Source: Candidatus Sericytochromatia bacterium (GTDB taxonomy: Bacteria > Cyanobacteriota > Sericytochromatia > S15B-MN24 > UBA4093). Taken from it: a stretch of 28,784 bases of DNA. How positions within the stretch are numbered: position 1 is the stretch's first letter; each line of letters starts with the position of its first letter. A program made the translations under genes and the position numbers. The stretch lies in NCBI GenBank assembly GCA_036676495.1, contig JAKFCT010000025.1:1-28784 (forward strand), read 5' to 3'. Under the pieces are notes generated by a model, which saw nothing but the letters and a program-made list of their open reading frames with translations, did no database searches and was not told the origin of the DNA. This document shows, one piece after another, positions 8,888-15,796 of the stretch.

Positions 8888-9165
8888 AACTCGTGCTCCA
8901 GCTGGCTCATGCGCACTTCCAGGCCCACCAGGCGGGTCCGCAGATCCGCGGAAAGGCCCTTCAGGTCCGGGTTCTCGCCGTAAAGCGCGAAGAGTTCCTG
9001 GTGCAGCGTCTCATGTTCCATCAGCTTGGCCTTGAAGGCGGCGTAGGAAAGTTTTTCCGTGCGGCCCTCGCCGTAGCGCGGATAGGTGTCCTGGCAGTAG
9101 TGCACGTACTCCTGGCGGATGGTGCGGAGCGTGAGCGGGGCTTGGGGTTCGAGTCCGTGGTCCAT
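8875..9165 (-). CDS. hypothetical helical cytoplasmic protein (96 aa)
   Basis: GAGG RBS. Starts 2 nt after the upstream stop and overlaps the downstream start. C-terminal heptad-like pattern. Confidence 0.75.
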   Translation of the reverse strand: MDHGLEPQAPLTLRTIRQEYVHYCQDTYPRYGEGRTEKLSYAAFKAKLMEHETLHQELFALYGENPDLKGLSADLRTRLVGLEVRMSQLEHELCMS

Positions 9166-9167
9166 GA

Positions 9168-9863
9168 TTACCTCTTGCGGTGGGAGCGTTTGATCTTGGT
9201 GGTCAGATCGGCAACCACCAGGTGTTCGTATTCGGTGAGGTACTCGATCTCCTTGAGGGAGCCGCCGACCTTGGTGTTGGGCGGGTATTCCTCGGGAATC
9301 GCTCCCCAGTCGGGAATCAACAGTAGCTTGGTGATCTTGCCCTCGTCGAGCAGTCCCTTGAAGATGGTGCGCCGGCCGTCCGTGAAGACGGGCTCGAGGA
9401 TCGGGGTCTTGAGGACGGTGCGCTTCCAGAGGGTGGCGATGATCTCCGTGAAGCCTTTGGCCTTGACGACGCGCTTGGCGGCGTCCTTCTCATGCTTGGC
9501 CTGCCAGGCCTCCATCTCTTCGGGGGCTTCGAAGGCCGTTTCGCGGGCCTCGCTGAGGACGAAGCGTCCGCCCTGGGGCGTCTTCATGACCACCAGGGTG
9601 GTCTTGGGAAGGTAGCCCAGGGAGCGATCCGAGCCGGGGTCGGCCGCGAGGAAGGTGTCGGTGAAGGTGATTTCCTGGCCGATGTGATCCTCCCAGATCT
9701 CGAAGGAGTAGCCAGGGGCCGCCCCGCGTGCGGCGAGTCCGCCGGTCCGCTTGAGGCCCGGGATCTTCGGCAGCAGCCCATCGAGCGAATCGCCGGGCTT
9801 GGCTTCAACCGGTGGAACGAACGCTCCCAAGAGGAGCGCGAGCAGCAGTAGCGGGCGAATCAC
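9168..9863 (-). CDS. secreted hypothetical protein (231 aa)
   Basis: GAGGAG RBS with GTG start. Signal peptide MIRPLLLLALLLGAFVPPVEA. Codon usage typical of the window. Confidence 0.8.
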   Translation of the reverse strand: MIRPLLLLALLLGAFVPPVEAKPGDSLDGLLPKIPGLKRTGGLAARGAAPGYSFEIWEDHIGQEITFTDTFLAADPGSDRSLGYLPKTTLVVMKTPQGGRFVLSEARETAFEAPEEMEAWQAKHEKDAAKRVVKAKGFTEIIATLWKRTVLKTPILEPVFTDGRRTIFKGLLDEGKITKLLLIPDWGAIPEEYPPNTKVGGSLKEIEYLTEYEHLVVADLTTKIKRSHRKR

Positions 9864-9954
9864 GGTGTTTTCTCCTCTGAAATGGCGTCGTCACGCACTT
9901 TAAAAGCTTACCAGACCTGGCCTCGACTGCAAAGGATCGCCGAGAGTACGCAAG

Positions 9955-9984
9955 TTTATCGGTCTCTTAATCTATAGTTAACAC
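9955..9984. promoter_or_regulatory. 11-bp-periodic triple box (TTTATCGG-tct-CTTAATCT-ata-GTTAACAC) in divergent promoter
   Basis: AT-rich island containing TTAA-N7-TTAA (9967-9981), TATAGT (9973-9978, + strand) and ACCGATAA on the minus strand (9956-9963). Confidence 0.5.
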
Positions 9985-10052
9985 CACTGCGATCACGCGG
10001 CGCCCCGGCACCGGCGGGCGCCGCCGGCAACCCGGCATACGAAGGAGAATCG

Positions 10053-11357
10053 ATGCGCATTAAACTTGGACTGCGTCTGGCGCTGGCGGGAGCGATGGCC
10101 TTCTCGCTGACGGCATGCGGCATGCCTGCGGGCAGCCTCACCCCCGCGCCGAGCGGGGCTTTCGCGGCTCAGAACACCGAGGATCCGTGGCGCGTGAGCA
10201 CGGGCAACCGGATCACTCCGCTGATCGATCGCGCCGAGGTCTTCCCCGCGGTGCTTGCCGCCATCCGCAGCGCCGAGCGCTCGGTCCAGGTCGAGTGCTT
10301 CCTCCTGGGCGGCAAAGTCGGGCGCGAGATCGCCGAGGCCCTCGTCGAGCGCCACAAGGCCGGCGTGGAGGTCCAGCTCCTGCTCGATCCCAAGCTGGGA
10401 GGGATTGGCTCCGAGAAGAAGGACATGAAGGAGGTCGCCGACTACCTCCAGGCCAACGGCGTCCAGTACCGCACGTTCCCGATCAACCTGCTTCCGCCGG
10501 GCCCCCGCTGGCTGGGTCGTGCCAATACTCTGGCGCACGCCAAGCTGGTGGCCATCGACGGCAAGTTCGCCATCGTGGGTGGCATGAACTTCTCGGACGG
10601 CGGCGCCGACGGCCATGACTTCATGGCGCGGATCGATGGCCCCGCGGCCATCCACGTCTCCGAGATGATCGACGAGGACTTCACGGCGGCCGGCGGCCGG
10701 GCGCTCCAGACCGCGTTCGCTCCCAGCCGTAGCGTCGGCGCCAAGGTCGCCCTGGCCGAGGTCGGTCCCCAGCGCCGCAACATCCGCTCCTTGATGCTCA
10801 CCCAGTTCAACCAGGCGAAGCAGTCCATCGCCGTCGAGGCGCTCTTCCTGGATCACGAGGAGATCATCCAGGCGCTCATCCGGGCCCACCAGCGGGGCGT
10901 CCAGGTCCGGGTGCTGCTCGACGGGGACTCCATCCGCCGCTTCGCCCCGAAGCTGCCGTTCATGGACAAGCTGCCTCTCGAGGCGCTGGGCAACCTGGGG
11001 GCGATCGCCGACCTCAACGCCGCCGGCGTCCCGGTGCGCGTCTACGTCCCCCACGGCGAGTTCGAGTACCTCCACGCCAAGCTTGCCATGATCGACGGTC
11101 AGGTGACCCTGGTGGGCTCGGCGAACTTCACCTTCCAGGCCACCACCCGCAACCGCGAGGTCATGCTGGCCGTCGAGGACGCGGGAGCGACCCGCAGCTT
11201 CCAGCGCGCCTTCGAGCAGGACTGGGCGCAGCACAGCAAGCCCATGGAGAGCCTCTCCAAGTGGCAGAAGGCCATCGCCGGCCTGCTCGACAAGATCCGC
11301 AACGGCGCCTACGATCCCGCGCCGACCTACGAGGACGAGATCCTCGGCGCGCGCTGA
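10053..11357 (+). CDS. phospholipase D / cardiolipin-synthase-like lipoprotein
   Basis: AAGGAG RBS. Lipobox LTAC. Two HKD motifs: HAKLVAID..GGMN and HAKLAMID..GSAN. Confidence 0.9.
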   Translation: MRIKLGLRLALAGAMAFSLTACGMPAGSLTPAPSGAFAAQNTEDPWRVSTGNRITPLIDRAEVFPAVLAAIRSAERSVQVECFLLGGKVGREIAEALVERHKAGVEVQLLLDPKLGGIGSEKKDMKEVADYLQANGVQYRTFPINLLPPGPRWLGRANTLAHAKLVAIDGKFAIVGGMNFSDGGADGHDFMARIDGPAAIHVSEMIDEDFTAAGGRALQTAFAPSRSVGAKVALAEVGPQRRNIRSLMLTQFNQAKQSIAVEALFLDHEEIIQALIRAHQRGVQVRVLLDGDSIRRFAPKLPFMDKLPLEALGNLGAIADLNAAGVPVRVYVPHGEFEYLHAKLAMIDGQVTLVGSANFTFQATTRNREVMLAVEDAGATRSFQRAFEQDWAQHSKPMESLSKWQKAIAGLLDKIRNGAYDPAPTYEDEILGAR

Positions 11358-11389
11358 TTCCACGCGGGAGATCCGGGTATAGAGGGGGC

Positions 11390-12532
11390 ATGCGCTCCCT
11401 CTTTCTCGCGTTCTCCCTGATGCTCTGCCTCGGCATGCCGGCCGCCGCCCAGGTCGTCGTCGCCGACGACGGCGAGCGGGATACCTTGCAGCAAGCCGTT
11501 TCGCGCACCCGGGCCTACCTCGCGGCGTCGCGGCGCGAGACCATCCCCATGGGCGATCGCCAGGTCCCCATCAGCCTCGCGCGCCGCAGCGCCGATCGCT
11601 TCTCCGAGCTGCTCTCCCGGCATGGGCTGACGCCTGCCTTCTACGAGGCGGTCCAGGCCGAGTTCGACTGGATCTCCGTGCCGGGCAACGACGGCCAGGG
11701 CACGGTCCACGTGACCGGCTACTACCTGCCCTTGCTCGAGGCGCGCAAGACGCCCGACGCCCGCTTCCGCTTTCCTCTCTACGCGCTGCCGCCGGATCTC
11801 GTCCGGGTGAACCTCGGGGCCTTCAACGCCCGCTACGAGGGCCAGAGCATCGTGGCCCGCCTCCAGGACGGCAAGGTCCTTCCGTACTTCAGCCGCACGG
11901 AGATTGACGATCGCGGGGCGCTTTCCGGAAAGGGGCTCGAGCTGGCCTGGGTGGACGACGAGATGGCGCGCTACTCCCTGATGGTCCAGGGCTCGGGCCT
12001 CTTGCGTTTCGAGGACGGGCGAATCGTCAACGTCAACTACGCGGGAGCCAATGGCCACCCCTACAAGAGCCTGGGCAAGGCCATGATCGCGGACGGGAAG
12101 ATCCCCGCCGAGCAGATCTCGATGCCGGCCATCGAGGCGTACTTCCGGGAGCGTCCCGCGGAGATGCGCGAGATGCTCAACCGCAATCCCAGCTACGTCT
12201 TCTTCCGTTTGTCGGCGGAGGGCCCCTACGGGTCGGACGGGATCGCGCTGACGGCGGGGCGGGCGATCGCCACGGACAAGCGTCTCTTCGGGTCCGGCCT
12301 GGTCGGCTTCTTGACGTATCCGCGGGCGCGCTTCGCGCCGGACGGTTCGGTGTCGGCCTGGGAGACGGGCAGCCGCTTCGTCCTGGATCAGGATACCGGC
12401 GGGGCCATCGTCGGGCCAGGGCGGGCCGACGTGTACTGGGGGGGAGGCCGCGAGGCCGCCCTGCGGGCCGGCACGCTCAACGGCAACGCGCGGCTGTGGT
12501 ACCTCTTGCTGAAAGAAACGCCCCGTCCTTAG
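11390..12532 (+). CDS. mltA: membrane-bound lytic murein transglycosylase A
   Basis: VTGYYLP, FPLYALP, VQGSG, YAGANGHPYKSLG, NPSYVFF, IATD and the 3D-domain motif QDTGGAIVGPGRADVYWG. Signal peptide starts at ATG 11390. Confidence 0.93.
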   Translation: MRSLFLAFSLMLCLGMPAAAQVVVADDGERDTLQQAVSRTRAYLAASRRETIPMGDRQVPISLARRSADRFSELLSRHGLTPAFYEAVQAEFDWISVPGNDGQGTVHVTGYYLPLLEARKTPDARFRFPLYALPPDLVRVNLGAFNARYEGQSIVARLQDGKVLPYFSRTEIDDRGALSGKGLELAWVDDEMARYSLMVQGSGLLRFEDGRIVNVNYAGANGHPYKSLGKAMIADGKIPAEQISMPAIEAYFRERPAEMREMLNRNPSYVFFRLSAEGPYGSDGIALTAGRAIATDKRLFGSGLVGFLTYPRARFAPDGSVSAWETGSRFVLDQDTGGAIVGPGRADVYWGGGREAALRAGTLNGNARLWYLLLKETPRP

Positions 12533-12588
12533 CGCCCGCGGCTAGGGCTGGGAAAGCGTTGCTGACCTGTAGAAACGCCCCGTCCTTA
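12514..12588. repeat. 18-bp direct repeat flanking dispersed element copy 2
   Basis: AGAAACGCCCCGTCCTTA at 12514-12531 and 12571-12588. The 39 bp between them carry the same ends as the 6376-6469 element. Confidence 0.8.
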
Positions 12589-12599
12589 AGGACGGGGCG
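12576..12599 (-). terminator. perfect 24-bp palindrome; probable intrinsic terminator between convergent genes
   Basis: CGCCCCGTCCTT-AAGGACGGGGCG, followed by TTTCT on the minus strand. Confidence 0.7.
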
Positions 12600-12622
12600 A
12601 GATGCGGGCTAACGGAACCGGA

Positions 12623-12907
12623 TCAGGAGTTTCCGCGCCGGGATTCGCCTTCGAATTCCTTGCGCAGGAGGAGCTCGAGCTTCTCGCGGTTGCGATCGGT
12701 CGACATGGTCGTGATGCCCATCAGCAGGTGAAGGGGCATGATGTTATGCGCCACGACGTTCTCTTCCTCGTCGAACGCATCGAACTCCACGTAGTCTTCC
12801 CCGACTCGGGTCACCTTCGCCAGGTAGTAGTTGTTGGACGGGGCGAAGTAGAGCTCGATCAGGTTGCCGTCATCCAGGAGTCTCTTCAAGCGCTCACGGA
12901 TCGTCAT
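12623..12907 (-). CDS. small hypothetical protein, possible Sm-like fold (94 aa)
   Basis: GAGGAGG RBS. N-terminal helix followed by short beta strands (IELYF, YYLAKVTRVGEDYVEF, NIMPLHLLMGI). Confidence 0.75.
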   Translation of the reverse strand: MTIRERLKRLLDDGNLIELYFAPSNNYYLAKVTRVGEDYVEFDAFDEEENVVAHNIMPLHLLMGITTMSTDRNREKLELLLRKEFEGESRRGNS

Positions 12908-13069
12908 CCGATACCTCCTCTCGAGGGCGTCGCCTCTCGGCGAGGGGTATTATTCCCGGATTCCCCGTCCTCTATCCATTGGGGGCGCGGCCCGACGTCC
13001 GAAAGCCCGACTCGAGGGCGCTTGCTTGGCCGCTTTCCAGCGGCGCGCGCGTCGCGACGCATGCGGGAG

Positions 13070-13098
13070 TTGATGCCCCCCGGGGCGGGGCTTATAGT
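13070..13098 (+). promoter_or_regulatory. sigma70-type promoter
   Basis: TTGATG-N17-TATAGT upstream of the AAGGAGG RBS and ATG at 13126. Confidence 0.6.
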
Positions 13099-13125
13099 GG
13101 GCATGCCGAGAGAAGGAGGTGTCGG

Positions 13126-13374
13126 ATGAAGACGACCGCCTATCGCCTTCAGCAGATGGTCGTGGAGCGCCTGGGGCCAGGACCGGGGCCCGAGCAGTTC
13201 TACATCGAGGAGATCGTGCCCGGGATCTATGCCTGGCACCTGATCTCCGACGGAGAGATGATCTCCCCGCTCCAGGCCTCCATGGCCTGGAAGGCCTACG
13301 CCAAGAAGGCCACCGAGGTGCTCAAGAAACCCGGCACGGGAGTCGTGGTCTGGGATACCGAGGCGGAGCGCTAA
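13126..13374 (+). CDS. hypothetical protein (82 aa)
   Basis: Strong AAGGAGGT RBS before ATG 13126 (MKTTAYRLQQ...), with an upstream promoter and downstream hairpins. Confidence 0.75.
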   Translation: MKTTAYRLQQMVVERLGPGPGPEQFYIEEIVPGIYAWHLISDGEMISPLQASMAWKAYAKKATEVLKKPGTGVVVWDTEAER

Positions 13375-13382
13375 GCCGAGCC

Positions 13383-13459
13383 GAAGGCCGGATCCCGGCC
13401 TTCCGGGATCGCCAGGTCAGGGGTTGAAGGGGGCCGACGGGCTCTCTTCAACGCGTTTT
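13383..13459 (+). terminator. two tandem hairpins, the second followed by a T-run
   Basis: GAAGGCCGG-atc-CCGGCCTTC (13383-13403). GTTGAAGGGGGCC-gacg-GGCTCTCTTCAAC (13423-13452), then GCGTTTT. Confidence 0.55.
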
Positions 13460-13519
13460 AGGGGAGGTTTAACCTCTTCTTGGTCCGCTTCGGGGCAGAT
13501 CCGGGCGATAACTCTGGTA
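13457..13519 (+). promoter_or_regulatory. putative promoter: YTTA boxes + GGCGATAA -10-like element
   Basis: TTTAGGGG-agg-TTTAACCT, TTAA-N34-GATAA-N6-TA. Same layout at 14904-14955 and 26879-26929. Confidence 0.5.
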
Positions 13520-13562
13520 AGGGAGTTTTCAGCATGAAGACTTCCGGACGGAGGAGAAGCCC

Positions 13563-14870
13563 TTGAAGCCGCAAGATCTGATCCCGATGATCATGGCCGT
13601 CGTGATGGCACTCACGACGGGCTGCGGCGTGACGGCCCCCAGCATCTCCGGTCATTCGGTCGGTCTCCATCAGGTTCAGCAGGCCTCGCTCAAGGGTGCG
13701 GCCAGCCCGCGGGCCGTCATCCAGTTCCGTCCTGGAGCCGGCGGTCGCGGCCTTTCCGAGCTGATGGCCAAGCATGGCGTGCGTTCGGTCGGTTCGATCC
13801 CCGAGCTGGGAATGAACGTCGTCTCGCTTCCCAAGGGCCAGGACCGGGCCGGCCTCCTCAAGACCCTCGCCGCCCACCCCGACGTGGCCTCCGTCGAGGC
13901 CGACGCCCGGGTCCGGGCCACCTACATGCCCACCGACCCTCAGCACCGCAGCCAGTACGGAAACGCCGCCCTGCGCCTTCCCCAGGCCTGGGACGTCGCC
14001 CGGGGCAAGGGCGTGATCGTCGCGGTGATCGACACCGGAGTGGACCTCGGGCATCCGGATCTCCGCGAGAACCTGGTCTCCGGCATCAGCTTCGTCAACC
14101 AGGTCGAGGTCGAGGACTGGGACAACCCCGGCCAGACCCGCGTGGAGCCCTTCCCCAACAAGGGCCCGATGGACGATCACGGCCACGGCACCCACGTGGC
14201 GGGCACCATCGGAGCGGCGCTCAACGGGATCGGAGTGGTGGGAGCCGCCCCCAACGCCCGGATCATGCCGATCAAGGTCCTCAGCTACACCCGCAGCGGC
14301 TTCGGTTCCGACGTCGCGGCGGGCATCGTCTGGGCGGTCGAGCACGGAGCCAAGGTCGTCAACCTCAGCCTCGGCGTCTACGGCGGCTCCAAGCCCGTCG
14401 AGCGGGCCGTCCGCTACGCCCTCGCCAAGGGAGTCGTGGTGGTCGCGGCGATGGGCAACGACCGCGAGGACGCTTACCTGGAATATGGCATCCACCCCAG
14501 CTACCCCGCGGCCCTGCCCGGGGTGATCGCGGTCGGTGCGACCGACGACCGGGACCAGGTAGCCTCCTTCTCCAACGCCGGCAAGTGGATCTCGGTCTCG
14601 GCGCCCGGCGTGGACATCCTCTCCACCACCCCCACCTACGAGGTCTCGGACCCCCTGCCTTACGAGTACGGCTCGATGAGCGGGACCTCCATGTCGACCC
14701 CCTACGTTTCGGGAGTGGCCGCCCTCCTCTTGAGCCTCTACCCGAACATGACCCCGGCCCAGGTGAAGGCGCGCCTGGAATCGACCGCCGACGACGTGGG
14801 CCTGCCGGGCTTCGACTCCTTCACGGGACACGGCCGGATCAACGCCGCCCGCGCCCTCGGCCTGAAGTAA
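13563..14870 (+). CDS. S8 family (subtilisin/thermitase-like) serine peptidase, probable lipoprotein
   Basis: GGAGGAG RBS with TTG start. Lipobox-like LTTGC, prodomain, catalytic triad VIDTG / HGTHVAG / GTSMSTP, oxyanion AAMGN. Confidence 0.93.
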   Translation: MKPQDLIPMIMAVVMALTTGCGVTAPSISGHSVGLHQVQQASLKGAASPRAVIQFRPGAGGRGLSELMAKHGVRSVGSIPELGMNVVSLPKGQDRAGLLKTLAAHPDVASVEADARVRATYMPTDPQHRSQYGNAALRLPQAWDVARGKGVIVAVIDTGVDLGHPDLRENLVSGISFVNQVEVEDWDNPGQTRVEPFPNKGPMDDHGHGTHVAGTIGAALNGIGVVGAAPNARIMPIKVLSYTRSGFGSDVAAGIVWAVEHGAKVVNLSLGVYGGSKPVERAVRYALAKGVVVVAAMGNDREDAYLEYGIHPSYPAALPGVIAVGATDDRDQVASFSNAGKWISVSAPGVDILSTTPTYEVSDPLPYEYGSMSGTSMSTPYVSGVAALLLSLYPNMTPAQVKARLESTADDVGLPGFDSFTGHGRINAARALGLK

Positions 14871-14903
14871 GGCCGCATCCCCTTTCGCAGGATTTTCTCT
14901 AGG

Positions 14904-14955
14904 CTTAAGCGGATCATAAGAAGGATCCGCGCCTTTCTCCGGGATAAAGCCCTTA
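14904..14955 (+). promoter_or_regulatory. putative promoter: CTTAA box + CGGGATAA -10-like element
   Basis: CTTAAGCG-gat-CATAAGAA, TTAA-N34-GATAA-N6-TA. Confidence 0.5.
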
Positions 14956-14998
14956 CCAGGTGTCACGGACACCGAGACGGGAAACCCAGGGGGAAGCC

Positions 14999-15742
14999 AT
15001 GATTCAGCGAACGATCGCATCCAATCTGCGTCAGCCGATCGTCCGGCAAGCCGGGCGAGACATCGGGCAGGCTGCGGCCAAGGCCACGACTCAGGCCTCG
15101 ACCCAGGTGGCCGCGAAAGCGCTGCGGAGCGCCGAGAAGCCGATCGCCTCGATCTCCCGTCTGGCCGCTCCCCAGGAATCCGCCTGGTACCGCCTCAAGA
15201 AGACGATCATCGAGTTCTTCTCGAACCTCGACATCGGCAAGCGCGAGGTCCACGGCGTCACCTCCGACATGGCCCGCCAGGTCCTGCCGCAGATGCGCCC
15301 CGGAGACATCCTCTTGCGGCGCACCGAGGGATCCTCGGGCAACCTCTTCATCCCCAGCTGGTGGAAGCACGCCGGGGTCTACGTCGGAGAGGGCGAGGTC
15401 GTCGACGCGGTCTTCAAGGGCATCGGCAAGGATTCCTTCGCCAAGTTCATGACCGAGGGCGACTCCATCATGATCGTCCGCCCCAAGAACCTGACCGCGC
15501 AGCAGCGCGAGGCGATCGCCGACTACGCCAAGAGCCAGGTCGGAAAACCCTACGACTTCGATTTCGACTTCCTCGACGAGGCCCGCCAGTCTTGCACCGA
15601 GCTCGCCAACCATGCCCTGAAGGCCGGATCCGGCAAGGAGCTGGTGGAGAAGAACTGGTTCGGCGCCGTGACCGGAGACGGCTTCAAGAACTCCAACTTC
15701 GAGCTGATCTGGTCGAACGTCCCCGACCAAGCCGTCTTCTAA
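14999..15742 (+). CDS. YiiX/YebB-like permuted papain-like (NlpC/P60) amidase
   Basis: PGDILL, WKHAGVYVG (His), VGKPYDFDF and QSCTEL (Cys), in His-before-Cys permuted order. ATG 14999 follows GGGGGA. Confidence 0.85.
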   Translation: MIQRTIASNLRQPIVRQAGRDIGQAAAKATTQASTQVAAKALRSAEKPIASISRLAAPQESAWYRLKKTIIEFFSNLDIGKREVHGVTSDMARQVLPQMRPGDILLRRTEGSSGNLFIPSWWKHAGVYVGEGEVVDAVFKGIGKDSFAKFMTEGDSIMIVRPKNLTAQQREAIADYAKSQVGKPYDFDFDFLDEARQSCTELANHALKAGSGKELVEKNWFGAVTGDGFKNSNFELIWSNVPDQAVF

Positions 15743-15756
15743 CCCGAAAACGCCTC

Positions 15757-15796
15757 AAACGACGCGCGCCGGGCCCTTGGGCCCGGCGCGTCGTTT
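15757..15796. terminator. bidirectional intrinsic terminator
   Basis: AAACGACGCG(CG)CCGGGCCC / GGGCCCGGCGCGTCGTTT inverted repeat between convergent genes. Confidence 0.75.

Noticed and set aside
12514-12588. Mini-CRISPR (repeat-spacer-repeat) interpretation
   Set aside because: Only two 18-bp repeats, too short for CRISPR. One lies within the mltA coding end, and no cas genes are present.
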